DNA from: Octopus bimaculoides
Lineage: Eukaryota
Assembly (NCBI RefSeq): GCF_001194135.2
Contig: NC_068986.1
Span: forward strand, 2,921,660 to 2,985,659
Direction of reading: 5' to 3'
Length of the DNA: 64,000 nt
Shown here: one piece after another, positions 25,587 to 37,284 of the stretch
Layout: each line of letters begins with the position of its first letter
Position numbering within the stretch: position 1 is the stretch's first letter
The notes under the pieces: generated by a model
What the model was told of the DNA's origin: nothing
The model's input: only the letters and a program-made list of their open reading frames with translations
The model's database searches: none
Position numbers and translations under genes: made by a program

Positions 25587-26111
25587 TTTGATACTATCAT
25601 CTGGCACCTCGTTACTTACAGCGGACTCTACTCTGTTGCAAGCATTGGAACCAGGTGTCTAGTCTTGAGGATAACTTCTTCCTTCCCTCTCAACCAGTCT
25701 TTGAGGCCCTGTAAAAGGCTGAAAAAACTTTCACACCGGCCACTTTTAGGCCTGAGCACACCTGAATACGCCTGCACACAAACGCACACATGCACAGACG
25801 AACGCACATGAACAGTCATCTATTCAATATATTTCGTATGTGCCCTGCCTTCTGTTATCTTCAGTCAACAGCCAGAACTAAGTTCTATTTACATGTAGAG
25901 AATCTTACATGTTCGAGCAGACAAGGAAACCTCTACGTGGTTGCTTGACTTGCTAAAAATAACACCCTGATCTCCTTCATTCGTTCTTACAAGTTATACT
26001 GCACAGTTTTAAGGGTTTAGTCGATGAAATCAGCTCCAGTACTAAATTTCAAACGTTGGTACCGATTCTATCCGACTCTTTTTGTAGAACATCACCAGTT
26101 TACAGGAACAT

Positions 26112-26421
26112 TTCTTCTTTTCGCCCTTTTAAAGCCTAGCCAGGCTCGTGGGCCGGTTTCCCGGTTTCTATGGCATATGTGTTCCCCCTCCCCCCAGCTG
26201 GACGGGACGCCAGTCCATTGCAGCTTTACTCAAGAAACAGGAAGAAAGAGTGAGAGAAAGTTGGGGCGAGAGAGTACGACAGGGGTCGCCCCCCGCCTGC
26301 CGGAGCCTCGTGGAGCCTTAGGTGTTTTCGCTCAATAAGCACACAAAACGCCCGGTCTGAGAATTGAAACTGCGATCCTCCGACCGCGAGTCCGCTGCCC
26401 TAACCACTGGGCCATTGCGCC
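26112..26421 (-). mobile_element. tRNA-derived SINE family E, full length, 13-bp TSD
   Basis: Minus-strand head AGGCGCAATGGCCCAGTGGTTAGG...GTTTCAATTCT; TSD TTTACAGGAACAT (26099-26111) vs TTTACAGAAACAT (26422-26434). Confidence 0.9.
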
Positions 26422-26816
26422 TTTACAGAAACATGAACAAATCAAAATAAGTTCTCAAGTGGTTAGACGCAAACTCAAAGACGCGCTCGCACGCGCACAC
26501 ACACGTACACATATACGAGGGGTTACATGTATTTTCCATCAACAATACTCACTTACAAGCCATTGTTACGCCTAGGGCTATAAGTATGAGATATTTGACC
26601 AAGATTCATTGAGACTGAACTAAAAATCAGCGGTTTGCGATGCAAACTTCTAAGCAACACAGCCATACTAATAAAGTTAGACGGTATAGTCACGTGTGGA
26701 AGGCCTTTGATCATAGCCCTGATCAATTAGAGTAAACCTGGGCAAGACAACACCTGCTGCTGCTACTACTACTACTACTGCTGCTGCTGCTACAGCTATT
26801 ATCAATACTGCTGCTG

Positions 26817-26864
<48 letters not shown>

Positions 26865-27449
26865 ATGCATATATGTGCGTACGGTATTTATAGAAACTTT
26901 TATCCCGATCTTTAAACGTTGTATGAAACAATACGTTCTCACATTACGACAACGAAAATGAAAGCATTATTTACTTGGCAGATCTTTCGTTGTTTCATAG
27001 ATAAAAGAAGAGAAATACAATATTTAATAACCTTAGAGGGGGGAAAAACAAAGCAGTAGAAGTTACGTGAGATCACAGTCGTCTCTGCTGTCTTTCATGA
27101 TTAAATACCAGCAAAACAGCTACGTCATTTTCAAGAGATGTAAGGAGTGTTTAAACTTAAAAAGACGAACATCGTCCTTCAGAATGACAGAAACTGTCTC
27201 CCTCAGGCCTGTTGGTCAATTAATATAAATCAATATAAATGAATGTGAAATGTTAGAGAGTTAAAGTCAAAAGAGACAGGAGAAAAGTAGAACAATTGTA
27301 TTAAAGCATTTTGTTCGTTCTAGGGTCGACTTTGCCTTTCATATTGCGGAGATCGATACAAAAGGTACCTTTGATCCATATTTAATGGGTTATACCATCT
27401 TGCATAAAAGTATTGGTGCTGTGTTGATTAAAACATAAATCAACATACT

Positions 27450-27592
27450 CTTTACTCTTTACTCTTTTACTTGTTTCAGTCATGTAACTGTGGCCATGCT
27501 GGAGCACTGCCTTTAGTCGAGCAAATCGACCCCAGGACTTATTCTTTGGAAGCCTAGTACTTATTCTATCGGTCTCTTTTGCCGAACTGCTA
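27450..27592 (-). mobile_element. SINE B 3' part with (AAAGAGT)n tail
   Basis: Near-identical in reverse to 31915-32066. Confidence 0.9.
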
Positions 27593-28305
27593 TAGTCACC
27601 CACAGCCAGCAGACTGAGGTGACACTTGTTTACTGGTCATGCTTCAAGAACCCTGCCAAGAATTCTTGTAGTTCCATGCAATGGAGATGTGATTTGAGAG
27701 AGACGTGGCTACTATTTCTTATTTGTCTGGAAACTCTATTTTAGTAGCACAGTAATTAGCTGGAAATAATTACAAGTCATGTCATGGAGTTGATGGAATT
27801 GATTATATTCTAGCCAACAAATCATTGGCTTTCAGAAACCGTTGTTGTTACATGTAAATGTTTACTGACGTTAGTGAAGTAGGGAATAATTAAGAGCAAA
27901 TTGAATAATTTATAGCAAAGAATAACAAATAAAGAGAGAGAGAGAGAGAGAACGATAATAGTATCAGAAAAGGATTAATGCCTCTGTTTATTCCCTGTTC
28001 CGTGGCGTGGCCTTGCATAGCCACTGCTCTTTGGTTGAGACTTGTGAATGAAAGAGTAATGAGAGACGAGGAAATGATTAAATAGTGTCTGGATAATGTA
28101 TTTAATTTAAAAAGATAAATCATGTCAGGTTTGTACATTTAAACTCTGATTTATGTAGCACATACATGTATACATACATGTATACATACACACTAACACA
28201 CACATCCGAGTTTGTATCCGAGTGCATAGTAGAATATTTTAATCAATGAAATTTCAGTTTAGTCTGATTTTCACATAATTGCAATCTTTACAGTTTTATG
28301 TTGAA

Positions 28306-28347
28306 ATAAACTAATACTTTCATGCATTGAGTTATCATCAGGTTTAT
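28306..28347 (-). ncRNA. Minimal type-I hammerhead ribozyme motif, catalytic core intact, stem II degraded
   Basis: Minus strand: ATAAAC-CTGATGA-TAACTCAATGCAT-GAAA-GTAT-TA-GTTTAT; perfect 6-bp stem I. Confidence 0.55.
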
Positions 28348-28625
28348 GTAGTGACAGTCGTGTTCCGCGTGTAGCGGAAGAGAGGAGAGAAAGAGGGGAA
28401 AGAAAAAGAGAGAGGGACAGAGAGAGAAAGAGGGAGAGGGGAAGAGAAAAGAGCGGGACAGAGAGAGAGGAAGAGAGATCGATTTTTATTGTTAACCTAT
28501 ACACACATATACACACTCATGCATATACATATATATATTTACACACATATGTAAATACCGACATATACATAGTCGTGCAGACGTTGAAAAGAGGGAGAGA
28601 TCGAGAGAGCAAGGGAGAGAAGTTT

Positions 28626-28857
28626 ATTTCTTTATTGCTCACAGGGGGATAAACATAGAAGGGACAAACAAGGACCAAAAAAGGGATTAAGTCGATTACA
28701 TCGACCTCAATGTGTAACTGGTGCTTATTTAATCGACTCCTAAAGGATGAAAGGCAAAGTCGACCTCGGCGGAATTTGAACTCAGAACGTCAAGACAGTC
28801 GAAATACCGCTACGCATTTCGCCCGGCGTGCTGACGTTTCTGCCAGCTGACCACCTT
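28626..28857 (-). mobile_element. SINE A copy with an alternative 3' tail
   Basis: Standard A head and core, but the minus-strand tail is GTCCTTGTTTGTCCCTTCTATGTTTATCCCCCTGTGAGCAATAAAGAA. Confidence 0.85.
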
Positions 28858-29254
28858 GGTGCGGGAGAGATATTAGTAGTTGTTAGTAAATGATTAGCGC
28901 ATGAGAAAGGGATGCGGGCAAAGGTCGAGGAAAAACGTTTATTAATACTTATGGGTGAGGCAGTACTGATAGAAAAGAATCACATTTTTGTTTTTGTCTG
29001 TTTACAAGTGAAAATCATGTATTATTGCAAGTTGACCCCCAACAAAACAAAAGGTGATTCAGAGTGGCTGGGTTACTTCAAACGTCAATGTACGAGTTTC
29101 GAAAGTGTGTGAATGATATTAGGTATGATGTATAGCTGTGCGCCGGTCTCATTTAAATATTGAAATTTGAAGAGTTTATAAAGTTATACAATAGATAACG
29201 TTACTGGAAGTACCATTACAATGCGTGTAATATATTGTGTGAGTTTTGTATGGG

Positions 29255-29376
29255 TGTACATAGAAAAACAAAAGACGAAGACAGGTGTATGAACAGCAAG
29301 CAGGTGAATTAACTTGACGCTCGGGAAAATGAAAATTGTCTGTTACGTTTCGAGCCTACGTACTTCAACAGAAAAT
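29255..29376 (-). mobile_element. Repeat family G carrying a hammerhead-like motif
   Basis: Minus: TTTT-CTGTTGA-A-GTAC GTAG GCTC-GAAAC GTA-ACAGA, then about 85 bp homologous to 42895-42988. Confidence 0.65.
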
Positions 29377-29643
29377 AATATGAGACAATAAACAGTGAGA
29401 GAATAAAAAAAAACAAAAACTTGTAGATTTACGGTCAAGCATGGCGAATGATTAGAAAAAAATTTGAAAGAAGAGGTTTAAAGAAAGGGAGATAGTAAAA
29501 TGCTGGTGAACCCAAATGAAGGTGCGCGTGCGTGTGTGTGTGTATGTGAGAATGGCGTGTGTGATTGTGTGAGTGTGTGTGTGAATAGCGGCTAGTGACT
29601 CTGACGTGAGTGAGTGTGTGCGTGTGTAAGTGTGTGCGTCTGT

Positions 29644-29679
<36 letters not shown>

Positions 29680-29849
29680 GCGCGAAGCAGTTGAGGTGTT
29701 TTTTCACGTGGTGTGTGTACATGTGTGTGTGTGTGTCTGTGTCTGTGACCAAACAGTGTGCGTTGTATGGGGTATGTATGTGGGCGTAAGTTAATATTGT
29801 CTATGTAACGTATGTATGTATATATAGCTTTTGTAGGTGTGGGAGTATA

Positions 29850-30050
<201 letters not shown>

Positions 30051-30062
30051 AACATGTATATA

Positions 30063-30595
30063 CAGTAATACCGCGCTTTAGGAGGAGCCTCTTTACGAGA
30101 TCCCACGTTTACGAGTTCTATTTTTCAAGCACAAGATCCAAATTTTGAACGAAGTGCAATACCATAACAAATGCTTTTGTGTGTTATCGAGAAATTTATG
30201 GAGAGTGAAATAGAGCTTCTTCTAAGCAAACACCTCTAGATTTCATTATTTAAAAAGAAATCTACAAGTCCGTCTACGAGTGCTTGTGAATCGGTGATCG
30301 TGTCTTCTGGTGATTGTGTGCACGAGTCTATTACGAGTGAAAGTGATCCAGAAAACGATTATAATAATAATATTTTTTATTATAAATGATCTTGACATTC
30401 TTTTTACTTTACCAAAAATATTCTTTACATTCTACTGTTGTTTTATTACAATTTACTTACGAATATCATAAATTTTACAGGAAAAATATTTTTCTGGGAT
30501 CGAATGACAATTTATAATATTGCTACTATGGGAAATTATTCCTCGGCTTTAATAGCTTTCGTTTAACACGTATATCGTATATTCAGGCATTACTG
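30063..30595 (+). mobile_element. Tigger-like non-autonomous DNA transposon
   Basis: TA-CAGTAATACC...GGCATTACTG-TA termini; subterminal CTATGGGAAATTATTCCTCGG; KQTPLDF C-terminal-like peptide. Confidence 0.75.
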
Positions 30596-31040
30596 TATAT
30601 GTGTGTGTGTGTTTATTATTGCGAGGATGTATATTTATTTATTTATGTGTTTCAGCCAAGTGGCTGCGGTCATGCTGGTGCACCCCCTTAAAGAGATGTT
30701 AACGTCTAAGTTCTCCGGTTTTTGTCCAGTGTATCGGTGAAGTACTAAAATGATGTTAGCTTCTCATCGATGAAAATGGGTATATTAACATTTGTGTATA
30801 AGAAAAGAAAATGGAGAAATCGACCGATAGACATCATTTATTAATAGAATTCCAATTTTACAAATAATTTCAATTCTTTACAACCTACAATTGTTTCCAT
30901 TCTCAATTAATTCAAATAACAAAATTAAATTAAGATTCATTTGAATATAGTTAATTGAATATTTCATCAGGGTTAGAAATCGATATAAAAAGGAATCACA
31001 TCTCAATGGATCGATTGATCATTGACAGATTCAGCATATT

Positions 31041-31175
31041 CTCTTCTACTCTAGGCACAAGGCGCGAAATTTTTCGGGGGAGGGGGCCAGTCGATAGATC
31101 TCCCCAGTACGCAACTGGTACTTAATTTATTGACCCCGAAAGGATGAAAAGCAAACACGACCTCGGTGGAATACA
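31041..31175 (-). mobile_element. 5'-truncated SINE A with 13-bp TSD
   Basis: GATTCAGCATATT (31028-31040) and GACTCAGCATATT (31176-31188); the opposite arm of the palindrome shows the empty site. Confidence 0.92.
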
Positions 31176-31255
31176 GACTCAGCATATTAACATTCATTTA
31201 ATTATGTTCGCATGTTACATGTGTACATGCAATTTTGTTATTATTATTATTATTT

Positions 31256-31295
<40 letters not shown>

Positions 31296-31649
31296 CATTA
31301 TTATTATTATTATTTATCTTATTTGTGTGCGGTAAACAATAACTTTGTTCAATTGCTAAATAAAAATAAGTGTTTAATAATTAAAAATAGCAGTTATGAC
31401 GAAGTGACTCAGATACTAATTCTTAATTAACAATTAAATTTTACCAGCGTATCATACTCTCACAAATAATAATGAGACTATGAGAATGAATCGGTTTACT
31501 TACCGTTGGCCTTATCTCGGTAAGTAATGTTTATGTAAATCCAACGGTTTGTTTGTTTTGCAAATATATTAACACCGCACACAAGATAAATAAAAATAAT
31601 AAAAAAGACAAAATTGCATACACATATGTAACGATTAAAAAAAAATATT

Positions 31650-32066
31650 GAGTGGCTGTGTGGTAAGTAGCTCGCTTACTAACCACATTGGTTCTGGGTT
31701 CAGTCCCACTGCGTGGCACCTTGGGCAAGTGTCTTCTACTGTAGCCTCGGGCCGACCAAAGCCTTGTGAGTGGATTTGGTAGACGGAAACTGAAAGAAGC
31801 CCGTCGTATATACGTATGTATATATGTATGTGTGTGTATATATTTGTGTGTCTGTGATTGTCCCCCCGCCCCAGCATCGATTGACAACTGATGCTGGTAT
31901 GTTTACGTCCCCGTAACTTAGCGGTTCGGCAAAGAGACCGATAGAATAAGTACTAGGCTTACAAAGAATAAGTCCTGGGGTCGATTTGCTCAACTAAAGG
32001 CGGTGCTCCAGCATGGCCGCAGTCAATTGACTGAAACAAGTAAAAGAGTAAAGAGAGTAAAGAGTA
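31650..32066 (+). mobile_element. SINE family B, full length
   Basis: A box TGGCTGTGTGG, B box GGTTCAGTCCC, CCTTGGGCAAG core, internal (TA/TG)n, (AAAGAGT)n tail. Confidence 0.93.
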
Positions 32067-32359
32067 TAAACATGCGCACATAACTAAATGAATGTTAATA
32101 TGCTGAATCTGTCAATGATCAATCGATCCATTGAGATGTGATTCCTTTTTATATCGATTTCTAACCCTGATGAAATATTCAATTGACTATATTCAAATGC
32201 ATCTTAGTTTTATTTTGTTATTTGAATTAATTGAGTATAGAAACAATTGTTGGTTGTAAAGAATTGAAATCATTTGTAAAATTGGAATTCTATTAATAAA
32301 TTGATGTCTGTCTGTCGATTTCTCCATTTTCTTATATATATATATTTATATCGATGATG

Positions 32360-32454
<95 letters not shown>

Positions 32455-32600
32455 TGCACTACTGGACACTGCACACATCCTACGCAAAACACTTTCAATA
32501 CAGTAACCATAAGAGCATCACAGCAAACCACAGCACATACCCAAGGCACACAGAGCTGCGCTCGGTAGTGAAGTGAAAGCATGTTATAAAAATAAAACTA

Positions 32601-32646
<46 letters not shown>

Positions 32647-32652
32647 GTAATA

Positions 32653-32712
<60 letters not shown>
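32360..32712. repeat. (TAA)n microsatellite split by a Dong insertion
   Basis: (TAA)n at about 32360-32452 and 32604-32712. Confidence 0.95.
32453..32603 (+). mobile_element. R4/Dong-clade retrotransposon 3' end (last 17 codons plus 3' UTR)
   Basis: 32453-32506 reads IALLDTAHILRKTLSIQ*, the xxLLGTAHILRKxL C-terminus typical of the clade; flanked on both sides by (TAA)n. Confidence 0.85.
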
Positions 32713-32943
32713 GTAAGGATTATTACGAAGTAGCATAGCATTACCTTTAATTCCTTTTTATATACATACTGCTTCAAATAGACCTACAAATGTTTCTACT
32801 GCATCAATTAGTAACCGTTGCTGTTGCAACCCTACTATAATACCGGTGCAGTTTCTTCAGGGTTTTGACTTTAATATCCTTTAATTTAACTCTCCAAAGT
32901 TTTTCGTTTATCTACTGTGCGTTGTTTGATGTGGAGTTGTTAG

Positions 32944-33003
<60 letters not shown>

Positions 33004-33736
33004 CGACATACGCATAGATCTTTGAATGTACGTTTGCGTGCGTGGGCATGGATGCGAGTATGTGTATGTGTGAAGGTGAACTGAGTGCATCACGAAGAAG
33101 GTCGTTGAAGTAGTAGCTCTGCCTGAAGTTTCAGACACTCTCTTGTTACATCCATCCTTATAAATACAGTGAAGTTATTATAAATCTATTCAAAACCCGT
33201 AACCCTCGACTCTATTATTTGCAAATCTTGATATAAAATTTAACGGGGTTGTTTGTTCTCAACCTTTCCGATATACTATTGTCCGACGCAATTGAAAAAG
33301 TTAGGAGTGGGTTTGACTGCTATTTCTCGCAGTAGGATAGTCACTTCCTCTTATTTTATTCTCGAGATTAATTTGTTTTTAGTTGTTTTTGCTACTTCCC
33401 TCTATTTAATTACAAGTCTATAGTTCTTCGACCATTGAACCACGGTGGGATTTAAGGAGTTAAAAACAGAAAACGTGCTATAGATATCAATTCACTGAAG
33501 AGGATTGGGCTTGTCTGTGATCACTTGATATGCTAGAAATAGTACCCAAACCATCCTCAAATCACACTCTACGGACTAAAAAGAATTAGATAATGTAGTT
33601 ATAGAGTTTATATCTAGAAAAAAAAATCTCAACATAAACATACAATACAAAATCCAAAAAAGTCGGAATGATTTTGATCATAGACCAAGTGCTGAGTGAC
33701 AACACCTTGCTGTCGGAGAGTATTCTGTCCTCCAAC

Positions 33737-33739
33737 ACA

Positions 33740-33835
<96 letters not shown>
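33737..33835. repeat. (CA)n microsatellite
   Basis: Direct observation. Confidence 0.97.
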
Positions 33836-33836
<1 letters not shown>

Positions 33837-34049
33837 CCGGTTGCGCAGGTCACCGAAACTAACCTAAGTATAGAAAATACTAACCATACAATGAATAAAT
33901 AAATAAATAAACAGGGAAAAATGGAATGAATAATTTCAAAAAAGCCGGACTAAACAACATCAACAACAACGATATTAACAACAAAAAAGATCGTTTTCTT
34001 ATGTGAACAGAAACAGAATTTATTCCCATGAACGGCCATGGTCATATTT

Positions 34050-35400
34050 GAAAGCTGAGTTTGGAAGCGAGGACCATGCCAGTGTGAGAATATTGAATGT
34101 AAATCTTAAAAGTAATAAAGATAAATGGGAATTCATTTGAAATATAATAAAATGACTCTATCAAGGGAGTTTAGTCTAAAAGGGGTTTTAGACTTGAGAA
34201 GAGTCCCAGCAATCCAGAGATCTTGTACTAAATTTGGATATCTGTAATATGGGAGTTCCTAACTTACGGTATCTGTTCTCGTTGGAGGAGCAAGGTCGTA
34301 ATTTTCAAGATTGCTGGGAAAGTATGTACGTGTTTAAGCCTTTTCCTGTTCTGTGTAGTATATGTGCCACACAAAGTATCTTTCTCTAGCGCCTATGGAT
34401 CATATATGATACACATCCCCAATTTTTTTCAACCACCAGAGTAACTTGGGGTTTATATTACTCAGAACATATGAAACAATGGCAAATATAAAAGTCCGAA
34501 ATCAAGCTTGGACGTTTAGGGAAAACTTATGATTTGGCCCGGCAAGTGGTTAAAATCGCTTTTGGCAGAAAATGATTAACTAATTCTTAAAAAGAAAAAC
34601 TTTATTTTACTAAGAACAAGAGATTTTTAATTCTATAAGTATAGATTCGACGCTTAAAGGTTATGACAAAGGGCTGTATTCCCGTTCTTTCTATAAACGA
34701 CAAAGTTAAGTGAATCTGGACTCAGTTCTTTTCTGTCAGTCAAGACAAAACCTATGAACCGCCTGAATCTACAGGTGGAGCTGCAGGTCGCAATCAGCAA
34801 GAAGGTTTCATGTTTTGATAAAGTCATGAAGTCATTGAATTTTATGTTCATAAGTGTGATGGATTTCCACAAAATCCTGCGGCAAGAACTGGTGTTAGAA
34901 GCAATACAAAATGTCTATTAAGGAAACAAATAAATGGTAATTTGGTATGGACATGCATATTAGAAATTGTATGGCTAAGCAAATACATTGAGCAATACTT
35001 TGTATATGTCACAAGACGATAAATAATACATGTTTAAACTTCCTTGTTTGGTCATAAATGCAATGACATAATAAATAATTAGGTGCCAGAATGATAATTA
35101 GGGGTATCGGGGCTCTAGTAATGCAAATTTTCATGGCTGTGAGCAAGTATGACTAAATAGGTAGCTAGCAAGGAGGGACAACAATGTCAAGCCCCTTCCT
35201 CTACCCAATGTCCCCATTCCAGTTTAAATTACTCTAGAGAAAAGCTTAACGTTGTTCGCGTTGCCATCCAGCACTTAGTGCTGCTACCCTGTTTGCGAAT
35301 CGGATTATTTGTGCATGAGATAACCTTTTCCCAAAGCTATTTCCATCGATTGCTTTACTGATTTGCTTTCTGACAGACACCTGTCTCCTTTAGACCATCA
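34050..35400 (-). mobile_element. Probable decayed Penelope-like element (RT + GIY-YIG)
   Basis: Collinear minus-strand relics with frameshifts: KQ.DGIALG (about 35350), FIGFVLTD...LNFVVYRKNGNT (34654-34760), C-G-TY..KHV (about 34350), LWIAGTLLKSKTP..LN (about 34190). Confidence 0.45.
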
Positions 35401-35727
35401 CCTTCAGGAGAAACTATTCTTAATTATTATGTTTAATTAATCTGATTCGGTTTGAGAAGTAGAAGCATAAAAGCAAGCAACATATCTGACCTTCCCAAAG
35501 ATTCAAGTTATTTTTCTTCCCTTCCCAATCACATTAGCTTGTTGCTACATAAATATATGTATGTGTATATATATACATATATATATACACACACACACAC
35601 ACATATATATATATACACATACACATACACATATGTATATATATATATATCATATATATATATATGCATACATATATACATGCATATATATATATATATA
35701 TACATGCATATATATATATATATATAT

Positions 35728-35911
35728 GGCGCAGAAGTGGGTGTGTGGCAAGAAGTTTGCCTCCCAAACACATGGTACCAGGTTCAGTCCCACAGCGTGG
35801 TACCTTGGGTAAGTAAGTGCCTTTTACTAAAGCCTCGGGCCGACCAAGACCTTGTGAGTGGATTTGGTAGACGGAAACTGAAAGAAGTCCCTCTTGTATG
35901 TATATACATAC

Positions 35912-35943
<32 letters not shown>

Positions 35944-36150
35944 TTGTGCTTGTCCTCCCCTCCCGCCATCCTCGCTGAGCACCGATATTGTTGTGTTTAC
36001 GTTCCCGTAACTTAGCGGTTCAGCAAAGAGATCGATAGAATAAGTACAAGGCTTACAAAGAATAAGTCCCTGGGGGTAGATTTGTTCGACTAAAGGCGGT
36101 GCTCCAGCATGGTCGCAGTCAAATAATTAAAACAAATAAAAGATTAAAGG
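35728..36150 (+). mobile_element. SINE family B, full length
   Basis: Same layout as 31650-32066. Confidence 0.92.
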
Positions 36151-36417
36151 ATTATTGTGTGTGTGAATGAGAGTGGGAGTGCGCGGTTTATATATCGATC
36201 TCTGATTAAGTAGACTATATTTCAAGGAAATACTCAATGAGTTATTGATGCAGATTCGATATTTTTTTTATTAAGAAGGTGATGTCTTTCAACTGAACAA
36301 TTGTTTCAACACAATCTTGTATTTCTTCAAAGGCCGAATTCAAAAGAGCTAAATCTGGCCGTTGAAGAAATACATTCATATATTGAAATAGTTGTAGCCG
36401 TTGCGAAGCACTATCTG

Positions 36418-36419
<2 letters not shown>

Positions 36420-36476
<57 letters not shown>

Positions 36477-36482
36477 TAATAA

Positions 36483-36535
<53 letters not shown>

Positions 36536-36837
36536 AGGTGTATTGAAAGAGAAAGAAATACAGAAATATGACCCGAAACCAGGACTCATAAACATAATTG
36601 ACACCCATGTAAATATATAAATAAAAAAAAGATGAATAATATTACTTGATGCTACAATAACCATATATAGAATATTACTAATACGAAAAATGAAAAAATA
36701 AAAAGCAAAATAAATGAATAAAATGCTCACACCCAAAACCTATAGAAATATGGACGATTGTGTTGAAGATTTCCATAAAAATAATATCAATGTACTCACA
36801 ATAACACCACGAATAACACCTAACAATGCCCTCGAAA

Positions 36838-36918
<81 letters not shown>
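36420..36918. repeat. Two (AAT)n tracts plus (TA)n
   Basis: About 36420-36530 and 36838-36918. Confidence 0.95.
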
Positions 36919-36920
<2 letters not shown>

Positions 36921-37284
36921 CATTGCCACAGAGAACAACATCGCCACCGCCACCACCACCAACAACAGTAACAATAGCAGCAGCAGTGACAAGAGCAATA
37001 ACAAATGGAAATATAAGAATAACGATGACACAAGGTCATGTATTTTGTGGGAGGCTGGGGGTGATCTTGTCGTCACCAGTGTTAGTACACCAGTAAAAAT
37101 AGTAAAGAACATCAATAAAATTACTCATTGTCAAAACGACTTCGTCAGTAAGTACGAACAGAATATGTTCGAATCTCTCCAACCTCAACCAACCAAAGAG
37201 CTCAAAAGAAGGTAAAATAATTTTGAGGACAAGCTAAGTATAGTTTGTAATTTAGTCTCAAGCCCAGTAGTTTTTAAAGGAGCC

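Larger units (their letters stand above)
30805..32333. repeat. Large inverted repeat (foldback-like element) interrupted by two SINEs
   Basis: Left arm 30805-31040 + 31176-31333 pairs with right arm 31573-31632 + 32067-32333. Confidence 0.92.

Noticed and set aside
36826-37215. 129-aa ORF and a possible 68-nt exon (37080-37147, GTAAGT donor)
   Set aside because: The first half is (AAT)n, the remainder has no recognisable domain, the acceptor is weak and the length is not frame-preserving.
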